DNA of 64,000 bases from assembly GCA_002104905.1 (NCBI GenBank), contig MCFE01000300.1:36523-100522 (forward strand). The letters run 5' to 3'. The translations under genes and the position numbers were made by a program. Position 1 is the first letter of the stretch; the number at the start of each line of letters is the position of its first letter. Below, piece by piece: positions 13,601-26,510 of the stretch. The stretch comes from Basidiobolus meristosporus CBS 931.73 (taxonomy: Eukaryota; Fungi; Basidiobolomycota). The notes beneath the pieces are model-generated. The model was not told where the DNA came from. It saw only the letters and a list, made by a program, of their open reading frames with translations, and searched no databases.

Positions 13601-15513
13601 AGGTACATCTATTTATATCTTGTCTTGTCATCAATAAAAATTATAGAGTATCTCTTGGCTCCAAAGGACTGTTCTCATGGGCTCACTTATGTATGAGTGT
13701 ACAATAGCTAATATTTTGGTAGTGTTAATGCCTCCTGAGCCCCTTAAGCATTGTCTAGCTTGTTTGCCATATGAACATCCTTTACAAACACTCAATTTCA
13801 TCAGAATTGAGTCATTTAGGCATAAAACAAGTTCATTTTTCACCAATTGGCTTGTTTTCTACTCCCCAATGTGTCCTAGCCTCCTATGTTAACAGTGTTG
13901 GCATACTCAGGTACAATGACCTTGCATTGTAACTTATATATTTTGTGGTATCTGATTCCCAAAGCTACTTCTTGTCCGTTTTCACTCAATATTAAGCAAT
14001 TCAGCGTAGTAAAAGCAAATTTCAGTTTCTGAGCAGTTGCTTTACTCTCTGAGAGTAGGTTCTTTGCTATTCCAAGTATGTAGAGTGCGTCAGTCAGTTT
14101 TGCTGTTGTAGCCCCTGAGATAGCCCTCATATTTAGTTGTATAGACCTGCTGGTAGTAGCTACCAGTGCAGAGTTGTCTCCCAGATGAACCTTTTTTATT
14201 GGAATATTATCCAAGTTGCTGAACCATTCCTTCATACCAGATATATGCTGTGATGCTCCAGGGTCAATATACCGTTGAGTACTTTGGTTACTTGCACTCT
14301 CTTGTAGAGGTACTAATAGCTGTTCATCAGTAGTTATATGATTTGCCTACTCCAGATTCTGTATCTTGTCTGCCAGTTTCTTCTTGCATTCTATTGCCCA
14401 GTGGTCTGGCTTCTTACAGTAGTTACAGCAACCAGGTTTTCTTTGGTTTTGTTGCCTTCCCTTCATTTATGTGTGCCTTTCTAAGCTGAATGAAGCATTG
14501 TCTTCAATTTTCTCTGCTTAGTCTTTATGTCTGAGTTTTTCATGAAGAATTCTTCCTTTGACAAAGTCTAAAGTCAAATTGTCTTCTCTGCTTTCAAAAG
14601 AATGTGTGAGTAGTTCATACTTGTCTGGTAGGCTGCAAAGCAGACACAGTATCTTTTCTTCATCATCTACACAAGAATTATTACTGTAAAGCTCTTCTAC
14701 AAGTGTGTTCATTCTGGGATTGAGTTGTAGCATGTCATCATCTGGCTTCTTTCACATGTTGAAGAACTTTTGTTTTAAATAAAGCTTGCATGATACTTAC
14801 TTTGCTCTAAAGATCTTCTCTGAGGATCCCCATGCTGCTTTGTCAGTATTTGAAGCATGGATTTGTCCAATGAAGAAATCTTGCATAATAGTACATTGAG
14901 CATTGAAGGCCTTTCTCTTCTTCTCTGGAAACTTCTCCACTTCTTCTGCTATTCCTTTGGCTCAACTTCTTTTCCAGTTGCTATATTCCAAGGCTTTCTT
15001 TCCTCAAGGTGGATATACATCTTGATTCTCCAAAGCTTGTAGTTCTTCCCATCATACCTATCCTTTACAGGGAAGATGTATGTATTGTTCTGTTTGCTGG
15101 TAGAAGTCAACATCAGAATAGGCAGAAGTAATTGGGGCTTACAACCAGTTACAAATTCAGAAGTGATTTGGATATTATGAGCATATCAAGGAATAGTGAT
15201 AATAGTTGAATTGTTGTTTATTCATATTGAGGATGATTATCTATGCCTTTGTAGAGGTAATATAGCTGTAAAACTCAGTAAAGAGGGTTTCCTAACACTC
15301 AAGAACATTCTGTAACAGTTTCAGTATTAGTACATAATGTTTGGTAAAGCGTCAATATGATATTGACTCATGGGGAATAATCAAAGGATCATGGATCAGA
15401 AGAAACTGGCTAAGTTGGGGCTGCTATTAGTCATACAGTGATCAAGACTAGTCTAGAGTTGCCAAGTAAATTTCTAACTGCTGAATGATACCAAATAGTC
15501 TAATATTACAACC
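10658..15513 (-). mobile_element. Ty1/copia family B, copy B1, near full length and degenerate (3' LTR 10658-11240, 5' LTR 15147-15513)
   Basis: Domain order gag, protease, GAG-pre-integrase, integrase (13067-13846), RT (11977-12384, VLYVDSL), RNase H (11507-11827). PPT GAGTGGGAG at 11241-11249; PBS at 15130-15146. No matching TSD. Confidence 0.88.
10850..11060. mobile_element. 211-bp MITE (PHIS/Pangu-like) inside the B1 3' LTR
   Basis: Perfect 13-bp TIR AGACTTGTTCCAT / ATGGAACAAGTCT. TSD AAT at 10847-49 and 11061-63. The empty site TACATAATGTTTGG is present in the 5' LTR (about 15331). Repeated TGGCAC subterminal motifs. Confidence 0.92.
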
Positions 15514-17283
15514 AAGATAATATGGTCATTGGATGTCTGCCACCATGATTGAGGGGCACTTCTTATTTGGGTAGGTTCCCTAGCAAAAAAGATCTGTTCT
15601 GATCTCAAACTGGCAAGGCTTTTATGTTACTGGCTAGATTAGGTATGCTTCTTCTGTATTAGTGGTCAATGCATCAGCAGGTAGCTGGCCAATGATTACA
15701 GCAGCTCTCCATTCTGAATTCTACCCAAGTACAACAACCTTACTCTTGATCAGCTTCTGAATTTCAACATGATAAACTGTATACCCTTTAGAATAAGTCT
15801 GAGTGTTCAATAGCCAATATTTTGGTGGTCTTCATGCCTCCTGAGCTCCTGAAACATTGCTTAGCTTGTTTGCCATATGAACATCCCTTACAGACACTCA
15901 ATATGGTTGGAGTTGAGTTACAAAGGCTCAAACAAGCTGATTTTTCACTAATTGGCTCATTTTCTGTTCTGCAATGTGTTCTAGCCTCCTATGCTTGGGC
16001 TCCTAGTTAGCTTCATCAGTTTCAGCAATATTGACATACGCAGGTGCAGTGGTCTTGCATTGTAAGTGTATATATACTGATCTCTGATTTCCAAAACAAA
16101 TTTTTGTCCAATTTCACTTAATATTGAGCAGCTCAGCTGTGTAAAATAATTTTCAGTCTCTGAATGGTCGCTTTGGCAGTGGAGAGTGCATTCTTAGCTG
16201 TTCCAGGCATCTAGATTACATTAGTCAGTTTTGCTATTGTTGCCCCTGATTATCAATCATATTTAGCTGTATAGGCCCACTTGTAATAGCTTCCAGGGCA
16301 GAGTTGTCTCCAAAATAAACTTTTCTAACATGAATAGTCTTGATACTGCTTGATTACTCATTTATACCACAAATATACTCTGGAGCTCACAAGTCAATAC
16401 ACCACTCATTACTTTGGTTACTTGCACTCTTGTATACAATTACAAAAAATGCTCATTGGTAGCTATACAGCTTGTCTGCACTAGTTTGTGTTTTATGTCT
16501 GATGGTTTCTTCTTGCATTCTCTTGCCCAGTGTCCTGGCTTTTTACAACAGTTACAGCACACAGGTTTTCTTTGGTTTTGTTGCTTTCCCTTCTTTTCTG
16601 TGCTCCTTTTGGAGCTGAATAAAGCATTATCTTTGGTTTTCTCTGCTTGGTTATTACATATGAATATTTTTGGGAGATGTCTGCTTTTGGCATAATCTAA
16701 GGTCAGATTGACTTCTCTGCTTTCCAAGAAAAGCATCAGAAGATTATACTTGTCTGGTAAGCTGCAAAGCAGACAGAGTATCTTTTCATCATCATCTACA
16801 ACAGCATTAATACTCTAAAGCTCTTCTGCAAGTGTCTCCATTTTGGTAATCAGTTGCAGCAGGTCATCCTCTGGCTTCCTCCTCATGTTGAAGAACTTTG
16901 CTCTCAATATCTTTTCTACAGATTCCTATGCTGCTTTGGTATATCAGAAGCATGAATTTGGCCAATGACAAAGTTTTGCACCTTGATACATATGGCATTA
17001 AAGGTTTTCACTGCTTCTCCTGATACTTTTCAACTTCTTCTGCTGTTTATTTGTGTTCAACCACCATAACTGTTATTATAATCCAGAGCTTTCCTGCCTC
17101 AAGGTGGATCTGTGTCTTGAATCCCCATAGACTGTAGCTCTTTTTATCAAGCCTGCCTTTTAAAGGGAAGATTTTCTATTGTTATTTTTGCTGATAGATG
17201 TCATCTTTAGATTAGATTAAGGCAATTGGGTCTCATAACCTGATGCATCTTAAGAAGTGATTTGGACATAAAAAGCTTATCTT
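15514..17283 (-). mobile_element. Ty1/copia family B, copy B2 (gag-protease, integrase deleted, LTR stub)
   Basis: Zinc knuckle CCNCCKKPGHWAREC in ORF 16440-16736. PBS GGTTATGAGACCCAATTG (reverse complement) at 17223-17240. Confidence 0.8.
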
Positions 17284-17379
17284 CCTTATGAATAAACAAA
17301 CAGTTCAGCTATGATCATGATTTCTTGATAAGCTTGTTATATCCAAAACCTTTTTAATTTGCAACCACATATGATAAGT

Positions 17380-17710
17380 GACAACAAGCAATATGCAAAA
17401 CTAGCAAAATGTAAATTCTTCAAGTGACATGCTTAGTATTTGGAACACATAGTGACTAGCACAGAAGCGCCCTTGGACCTCAAGAAGGTTGAAATCACTA
17501 AACTTCTGATGCAGTCCCACAGCTTATAAAAGCTTTGAACATTCCTTGGAATGATCTCTTATTATATGCATATGTTGCAGCCCCTTTTGTTGATATTCTC
17601 AAGAAAGAGAACACCCTGGAGTGGGGCACAGCATGTGAGACTACTGTTCATATGCTCAAGTGTGAGCTTACTAAGCTGCCATGCATATAAGAATATCTGA
17701 CTTTACTCAT
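17380..17710 (+). mobile_element. Ty3/gypsy RT/RNase H fragment
   Basis: Homologous to 35740-36080. Confidence 0.7.
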
Positions 17711-17749
17711 TTTGCAGAGTAGAGCTGGTCTATACATCAATAGCATCAG

Positions 17750-18420
17750 AGGTGCACCATATAGTCTCTGAAGCTCAGCAAAGTGTCCAAAAGAAAATGC
17801 TCATATATTCAGCTACTGCAGGTTGGGAGGGAGTGAATAAGTCCAATATACCAGAGCCTTCATCTCAGACAACTACAAAAATTGTTCAAGCTGCTTTGGG
17901 TCATGATGAAGACTGGGCTAGCTTATAAGTTATAGTAGGACATCTAGTATGTCCTAATCCCATAGGGAGCTCAAGGAGAAGCAGGAGGCATGTATATTGT
18001 CTACTGAGGAAAATCCATGAATTGAGTAAGAAAACTGGATATGAGTCAGCTTTGTATGCTAAGAAGAAATCTCAAGTCAAGTCAACACAATCAAAGGCAG
18101 AAATACAAGGCAGCTGCACCTGACACCTCTCTACTTCCTCAAGATCCTACAATAAGTGGGACTAACAGCTCCAAGCAAAGGGTAAATAACTAACATGCAG
18201 CTGGAGCAGTGCCACCATGGGAAAAGCAGCCAGAAATAGATGTACCAGTAAAATATCTATCAGGCGTAAACTGATGAATACTTCCAAGGGCACTTGATCA
18301 ATGTATCAGTGAACGGTTAGGCAGTGGTAAAGGTGAAGCTAATGGGAGTCATTCAAAGCCTACCTATGCAAGGCAATAGAAGGTCAACAGAAATGCTGCA
18401 GTTCTTGTCAATTGATATTA
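17750..18420 (+). mobile_element. Fragment of family Y ORF2
   Basis: Diverged match to 42930-43440. Confidence 0.55.
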
Positions 18421-18440
18421 TCAATACAGCGCAGTTGGAA

Positions 18441-21400
18441 TGTTAAGTTATTGGAATATTTGGTATCATTCAGCAGGTAAAAATTTACTTAGAAGTTCTA
18501 GACTAGTCCTGGTCACTGTAGAACATATTTGCAGCCCCACCTTTGCCATTTCCTCACATCTATAATCCAATGATTATTCCCTTATAGTGATTATCAAATA
18601 TACACTTTTGTCAAACATTATGTACCAACCCTGATACTGTTACAGAATGCTCCAGATTGTTAAGAAAGCCTCCTTACATAGTGTTACAGCTACATTACCT
18701 CTACAAAGGCATAGATACTAATCCTCTTTATGAATAAACAACATTTCAACTATTATCACTATTTCTTGATATGTTCATTATATCCAAATCACTTCTTAAA
18801 TTGCAACTGGTTGTAAGCCCCAATTACCTCTGCCTATTCTAATGTTGACTTCGTCCAGCAAACAGAACAATACAAGCATCTTCCCTGTAAAGGATAGGTA
18901 TGATGGGAAGAACTACAAGCTTTGGAGAATCAAGATGTATATCCACCTTGAGGAAAGAAAGCTTTGGAATATAGAAACTGGAAAAGAAGTTGAGCCCAAA
19001 GGAATAGCAGAAGAAGTGGAGAGGTTTCCAGAGAAGAAGAGAAAGGCCTTCAATGCTCAATGTACTATTATGCAAGATTTCTTCATTGGACAAGTCCATG
19101 CTTCAAATACTGACAAAGCAGCATGGGGATCTTCAGAGAAGATCTTTAGAGCAAAGTTAGTATCATGCAAGCTTTATTTAAAACAAAAGTTCTTCAACAT
19201 GTGAAAGAAGCCAGATGATGACATGCTACAACTCAATCCCAGAATGGAGACACTTGTAAAAGAGCTTTAGAGTATTGATGCTGGTATAGATGATGAAGAA
19301 AAGATATTCTGTCTGCTTCACAGCCTACCAGACAAGTATGAACTACTCACACATTCTTTTGAAAGCAGAGAAAACAATTTGACTTTAGACTTTGTCAAAG
19401 GAAGAATTCTTCATGAAAAACTCAGACGTAAAGACTAAACAGAGAAAATTGAAGACAATGCTTTATTCAGCTTAAAAAGGCGCACATAAATGAAGGGAAG
19501 GCAACAAAACCAAAGAAAACCTGGTTGCTGTAACTACTGTAAGAAGCCAGGATACTGGGCAAGAGAATACAAGAAGAAACTAGCAAACAAAAAACAGAAA
19601 CTGCAGCAGGCAAACAATACAACTACTGACAAACAGCTATTTGTAGCAGTACAAGAGAGTGTAAGTAACTAAATCAATGAATGCTCTATTGAATCTGGAG
19701 CATCACAGCATATTTGTGGTACAAAGGAGTAATTCAGCAACTTGAAGACTATTGCCATAAGAAAGGCTAATCTGGGAGACAACCCTGCACTGCAAGCTAC
19801 CACCAGTGGGTCTATACAACAAAGTATAAGTGATTTCTTGGGGACCACAGCAGCAAACTGATTGACATACTCTACATCCCTGGAATAGCAAAGAACCTAA
19901 TCTCAGTCAGTAAAGCAACTGCTCAGGGACTGAGATTTGTTTTTACTAAGTGAACTGCACAATATTGAGTGAAAATGGTCGAAAATTAGCTTGGGAATTA
20001 GAAATCACAATATATATTAGTTACAATGCAAGATCATTGTACCTGAGAATGCCAACAATGCAAAACTGATGATACTAACTGGGAGATATGGAATAGTAAG
20101 ATTGGTGGCTAATGGCTACTCCTGGATCCAGGGAATAGACTTTGAGGAAACATTTGCTCTGGCTGCCATTTTAGCTCCATTAGGGCAGTTCTAGCCCTGG
20201 CAGCAGTACACAGTCTAGATCTACACCAAATGGATGTCAAAACAGCCTTTCTAAATGTGATTTGCAGGAAAATTAGGCTTTTTCTTGGAATTGTAGTCAA
20301 ATTTGACATACCTGCGCAGAAAATGTGCTGAATCAGTCTCAGTACATTAGGAACATTCCTAGATGCTTCAAGATGGAAAATTGCTAGCCTGCAGCTACCC
20401 CTATGGGCAATAATCTAAAATTGATGAAGTCACAAACAGTTCTAGATGAAAATGGCTTAGATATACATCAAAACTTTACCTATATATCAATGGCTATAGC
20501 CTGATGTGCTTGTTGGTGTCCACATGTCCTGATATTGCAGTGGTAGCTGGAATAGACAGTCAGTTCATGCAGAATCATGGATCAGACTATATTAGAGTAG
20601 TTAAGCAGATTTTTAGATATCTACAAGGTACCATAATTATGGTACTGGAATACCCTGGAGCAGCTAATAGGCAGAAATTTGCTGGTTATAGTAATTCAGG
20701 TTTGGGTAGGGATCTGATGAGAAATGCTCAGCCACTAGGCTGTTATTTCTTTATGCTGGTGCAGCTATTACTGTAATTGTAAGAAAAACTAACTGTGGAC
20801 CTATCTACAACTGAAGCTGAATATATAGCTGCTTGCCAGGCAACAAGGAGGCTATATGACTACAGATATTAATCAGAGACCTAGGCATTAATTCAGATGA
20901 TTCAACATGTATTTACAAAGATAATCAAAGTAGTATTTCATTAGCTAGGGATCCTACTAATCATGTCAGAACTAAGCACATAGTTCTACAACATCACTTT
21001 TTGAGGGGAGATGTAGAAAAAAACTTTGCAGAGATAATTTACTGTCCCCCTGACAAAATGCTGGCAGATATACTGATAAAACTACAGGCTCAAACAAGAT
21101 TTGAGAATCTTAGAGAGGAATTTGGATTAAGAAATTATTTAGCTGAGAGGCAATGTTGAAATATTGGACTATTGGGTATCACTAAGCAGCTAAAAATTTA
21201 CTTAACAATTCTATACCAATGTTGGTCACTATAGGACTTATTTGCAGCCCCAACTTTGCCAGTTTCTTCACATCTATGATCCTCTGATAATTCCTCTATA
21301 ATGTAGATCAAATTTACACTTTACCACACATTATGTACTAACCCTGAAACTATTGCAGAATGCTACTGAATGCTAAGAAACCCTCCTTACTTAGTGTTGC

Positions 21401-22255
21401 CAGCGGTGTTGTGGTGTAGAGGTACTCCTGGGAGAAGCTACACAACTCAAGGTGTGTGAGGTGTCTGATGGGTGCAATAACCTCTGTGTCTAAACTGCTG
21501 GTGTCTTTGTCAATATGTCACTATGGTAAAAGCTCCTGCTTCTCTAGCTTCCTAGGTGCTCCAAGTGTCTCCAAAGGCCTCTGTGTGTCTTGTGCACTAC
21601 CCTGAAAAGCTCCTTGATGGCAGGTCTGAGATGTACTGTTGAAGGCAGGTGCAGTGATCAACTGCTAATCAATAAGGTAGAAGAGTTACTGATAGAAGGG
21701 ATGATTTATTGATGAGGGATTGCTTTCCCTTAAATACTTTTCCTGATTGCCGAGTGATTACTAATGACAAGGTTCTAGAAGATTCTAGGTATCAGTGGAA
21801 TTCTTGATGACATCACTATGAGCTAAAAATATGCCAAGAATGTCCTGGAAGGTTCTAAAAGGCACAGCACTCTCAACCAATCAGGAATCAGTAGTCTGAA
21901 ACCTGTGCAACATAGAAATACCATATATGGTATTGAAATGGTAGGAATGGTAACACAGACCTAGGTCATGTGTCACGGGTACTGACGCGGGTACTTGCCT
22001 TATATAGGTACATCTACTGATCACAAGGCTGAATAACATCTGGGATAACTAATGCTAATAACTAATCAGGGTAAACATCATATGGGGATAATACTGATAA
22101 TATGGGCAAAAGAAGAATGGGATAATACTGATAAGATAAAATATGGATAAGTATATCATAATGACTATATGAATAAACTTGTCTGTGGGAGGTATGTTTA
22201 CCCCACCACAGCGGTATTACTATTACAAAGGTATATATACTGATCCTCATCATGA
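18441..22255 (+). mobile_element. Ty1/copia family B, copy B3, internally deleted (5' LTR 18441-18808; 3' LTR from 21154, interrupted by LTR-X)
   Basis: gag ORF 18842-19204 (YDGKNYKLWRIKM). Protease is followed directly by RT (integrase lost at about 20085, mid-RT lost at about 20265). RNase H at 20600-21130; purine-rich PPT just before 21154. Confidence 0.85.
21407..22210 (-). repeat. Solo LTR of family X, 804 bp, 4-bp TSD GCGG
   Basis: TG...CA termini. GCGG at 21403-06 and 22211-14. TATTTAA and AATAAA on the minus strand. The interrupted family-B LTR resumes on the other side. Confidence 0.88.
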
Positions 22256-22499
22256 GACAATTCATATACTGCAGTTGTTTTATTGTTTATTGTAGATGGA
22301 GTGAAAGTCCCACAAGCAGGCAAGGATCATTGTCAGGTTATTGTGGCCAAATGAAATGCCATCAGAAGAGCTTGAGACATCAATATGCATACATAAAGGC
22401 TACAGCACCTCATTGGAGTAGTGCTCAAGAGAATACACTTGAATGCTGAAAGTGCCTATTGGCAGTATTTGGCAATCAGGAGAGGTAGGACCTTTATTA

Positions 22500-23800
22500 T
22501 AGTGATACAATGCCTATTCAGCACCTCACATATCTTGATTTGTATAGCTTTGCCTCAAACTGCTCCAATATCATCATGATGCTGTCTTTAATGGACAGAG
22601 TAGATTCTACTGACAGGAAAAGTTTCAGTGCCATCATATCAACTGGTAATCAAGATGCCTACAGAGGAGCTATTACACACTAATAGGTGCCTCAACTGGC
22701 TGCAGCACATCTTGAAGGGCAGTATTTAAGAAAATGTAATAAGGCACAGAAAATTGAAAGGCTAGCAGTTGAGGTGCAAGACCTTGCAGAGCCACCTGAG
22801 GACCAGGTGGCATGGTAGTCAGTAAACTAATAATAGTTAAAAGTGGCAAGGCTCCTGCTAAGCTCATGAGCAAGGAAGATCATACCTCATGCACTAACTG
22901 AATGGTGAAGTTGAGTATGAATACTTTTGCATATTATCACAGGCCTCTGTAGCTGGAATCTGAGCACCATAAGCCTCAGGTACTAGATGCAAGTCCTCAC
23001 TCTTACAGCGCTCTAATATATCATGCACAAATTGCACCTAAGTAGGTACTTAAGTAGTGATTTTCTCCGGTATGGCAGGTGAAACACAACAGATATCATG
23101 TATGAAGATACAGAAACAGGTTATAGAGTCTTTGGTATGTTTTGAGACTGCTACTCCTCTCTGCTATGCTATGGCTCTGTTGGGCATTGAAAGCTCAAGC
23201 TAATATGAAGCACACTCTGCAAGTACCATATATCAACAAGTCCTTACAATCCTTGAGAATGCCTGTCAACATTCCTATTATGATATGCAGCTCTGTACCA
23301 GTCCTTACCCACATGAAGCTGGTAATCTGTTAGGCCTAAAAGACCAATTCTTTGCTCAGAAATACCCAGTTCTAATTGTCTGAGATTTAATGCTGTTCAA
23401 GTAGTACCTATCAATGAAATATCCCCTTACTTTAGTGTTGTTACTAATGAGACACATGTACTTGAGCTGTGTAGTGCTGATTACTATGATATACTGCCTT
23501 AAATATCAACAATACTCCCCACTACTATATAGTACCTACTGGCACAGAGCTAGCACACTTTTGCAACCTAACAGGGTATGTTTACAGTATGGGCACTTTT
23601 TGAAAGGGACTTTTCCAACAGAAAGATGGTGCTGGGTACTGAAAAGCTCATATTGTACTCTGTGTGCTCACTAGTGACTGCAATGGTGCAGTGCTGGTTA
23701 AGACTGTGATATGTAGCAGTACTAGTGATATAGTCACAGTGTATAGCCTCCTAACATGTCAAATTTTTGCTGAGATCCACAATTGCAAGGCTCTACTTTG
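22500..23800 (+). pseudogene. Highly degraded CACTA/EnSpm-type transposase
   Basis: Remnant motifs GKAPAKLMSKEDHTSC (about 22840-22890; compare GDxPAxAKLxGxKGH) and GTFPTERWC (about 23605-23630; compare WxFxxER). Confidence 0.5.
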
Positions 23801-23949
23801 TCAGCTAGAAAAGTCTTAGTTTGTAATATCATGGGTCATGGTTTTCAGGCAGCTCACTGTGCAATGCAAATGACAAAAGGCTAGAGATCATCAAACACAA
23901 CAATTGAGAATATGCACAGCATCCCTAAGAGCTGCACATTACATGCTCA

Positions 23950-24918
23950 GCTAGATCAAGTGTTATACCCAATCAAAGCACAATGATAAGCCTAGTGAGA
24001 AAGAACCACCATCCAGAATTGCAGGAATATACTAATAAGTATTCCTCAGAAGCTGTGTGCAATCAGCTATGACCTGGAGTACTTTCTGCCTGATTTAATA
24101 TTCCCAGGTGCTCTGATTGCCTAGGTGTTGGGCATTGGTGCTTTGCAATTGGAAAATTTGAGTCTTCTGTAGTATTCTACAATAACAATGGTAAAATCAA
24201 GATGTGAGTGTAAATAGATTTTACTACTTGAGAATTGTTTCATTAAATAGTGCTACAGTATAGCAGAGGGGTACAGCATGCCATTATTTGGCTGCAAAGT
24301 GTGCAACATTACTCCACTTCTTCAAACATGAAGAAGCTGAAGTCCAAATGGGCATAACCATTCAAGATCATCAAAAAATGTCCATTTCAACTTACCAACT
24401 ATAAATAGAATATACAAGTGAATAATCAAGGAGATTCAATAGATATAGACAGACTTAAGTGTGCAAGACCTACTGACAGTGCTGAACCAGCAAGATGTCT
24501 GATTTACAAAAAAAGAGATTTCAGCAAACCCTCTCAGCAATAATAGGGAATAATGTAATTATCTGTTGCTTGCATGTTTAAGTATGATCAGTTTTAAGTC
24601 AAATCAATTATATGAATGTTAAGTTCTCAATATATCTGTATATTCTACCAAGTGAGTATTATTAGTCAGCAGACAAATCAGTAGATCTCTATCAATCAAA
24701 AAAGGTATGTTAAGCATGATCAATTGAGTGATGACAATCCATTTGATTGAGTCATCTGCTACAGCCTACATTAGGATATACAGTTGGTCAGCAATTCATC
24801 TGGCAAAATGTATATAAGGAGCTGCTGGAGCCTCAGTGATATTCAGTTTGGGTTTTAGCAAATTCAATACTAGCTAAATTCTTAATACTTACACAGAACC
24901 TATATCAAGACTTGTACA
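23950..24918 (+). mobile_element. Ty3/gypsy 3' end with PPT and 3' LTR (24554-24918)
   Basis: Matches 37700-38110, then the LTR at 33238-33604. Purine-rich AGGGAATAA precedes the TGT start. Confidence 0.8.
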
Positions 24919-25099
24919 GTAGACTTTTAGCAACAAGTGTTTGGCCTTTTGATTATCTAAGACTTGGGTTGAAGAGAGCTAGTAGCAGTAGATATGCTGG
25001 TACAGAGGGTATAAGTAACTTGGATCAGGCTTAGAGAACTAGACTCAGATACTCCAGCATATTCTCCTACCCAAGGGTGTTCAGCAACAGGTCTTGTGA

Positions 25100-25640
25100 C
25101 AGCAGTATTTTGGATACCTTCTCAATGAGGATTGACAGACCTCCGGAGGGAAGAAGTGCACTTTTTCTGACAAATAGAAGGCAAATAGTGTGAATTTCAG
25201 GCACAATTGGACACTGAAAGCTGTATCATCTGGATTAGTTGGTCTTTTGCTGAAAGTAGGCATGACAAGGCACTCTGGGTGGGAGGCCATTCTGAGCTCC
25301 ATAGGGAAGAGAAGTTTATGACAGACCTAACTTCTATAGTTGAGGACTGCTGGAGATTAGGATGTATCCCAGTTTATAGGAAGCCAAAAAATGGAGTGCT
25401 TAGAAGGGGGCCAAAGTTTTGTAAGAAGATAATTAACTATTTCAGAGTAAGTGTAGAGCATGTATTTGGATATCTAAGAAAGCTTAGCATAGTTGCAGAA
25501 AAATATAGAGGAAAGCTTATACAGACAAAAGCCACAAAATATCTAAAATAATCAAGAGACTGGATAGTTCACTGTACAATCATACAATCATACAAGAAGA
25601 CATCTACTGCAAGAAATGTATATGGTTTGTTTGAAAATTA
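25100..25640 (+). pseudogene. Third, degraded copy of the DDE_Tnp_4 transposase
   Basis: FAESRHDKALW...MTDL...FRVSVEHVFGYL in ORF 25207-25551, matching 29283-30079. Confidence 0.8.
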
Positions 25641-26249
25641 AATAAAGCAAGAAAGCACTGGTCTTGGCAATCTAGTTAAGATTTAGCTATGATATCAGTA
25701 ACTTTATCCCACTGTTAGCTTCCTGGAAGATACTAAAGTACTAGCTGTTGCCCTAAGTGACCAGATTGATTCAACATAATAAACTGGCTGATACTTTGTG
25801 ACATTATTTGGCAGAACCTACAATTAACCTAGCTTAGTCATGTAAGTGATTTCCTACAGATCTTTAAGAATCATGACCTAGCTTGCTGCTGGGACTTGCT
25901 GAGAAAATTTTTGCCAAACTATCAGGCACCTCAAACATGTATATGCACAAAGCCACCCAAACAACCTCAAGCTTTGCTCATATGGTTTTGGACCTTTTTG
26001 AGTGTATTACATGGGCAGCTCTTGCCAAGAGTAAAGTGTAAGCACAACTTTGACATTTGTTGTATCATCAAGTGAATACCATATTAACTACTTGCGTCCC
26101 CAATGACATGATATCTCTATAAGACATTTGCTATATGCTTATTGCATGTAGTGATCTTGTTGGTCACATGCAACATCCACCACATACAGCAGTAGAAGCA
26201 TGGCTGAACAACTACTGGCCATAAAATTCAGCACATCAAGCAGTGCTTT

Positions 26250-26510
26250 ACTCTAAAATGGCCATGTTGACAGTGTGCCCACAGATAGTGATGCTGCAGA
26301 CTACTCAAGCACTCCATCAAGTAGACAAAAGAAATATCTGTAAGCTGCTAATGGACTTTATTGCTCAGGCAGGTACATATGTGGCAAATGCAGTACCACA
26401 AGTAGGCGTGCAGTAAGTGATGGTATTAACATCATCATCACCAGTACTGGCAAGTTTGTTGTCCACACATAACAATGCATTAACAAAGGAATTAGGTTCA
26501 GTGGCTGCTA
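26250..26510 (+). mobile_element. Family Y fragment
   Basis: Matches 42470-42720. Confidence 0.55.

Noticed and set aside
10653-15518. TSD for copia B1
   Set aside because: The flanks do not match and belong to different elements, so at least one boundary has been rearranged.
21401-22214. 6-bp TSD CAGCGG for LTR-X
   Set aside because: It is formally possible at this site. However, the copies at 32385 and 39018 fix the terminus as TGTGG/CCACA, which leaves a 4-bp TSD.
25640-26250. Possible additional RT or non-LTR fragment
   Set aside because: No motif could be recovered with confidence. The same applies to 45450-45980 and 63703-64000.
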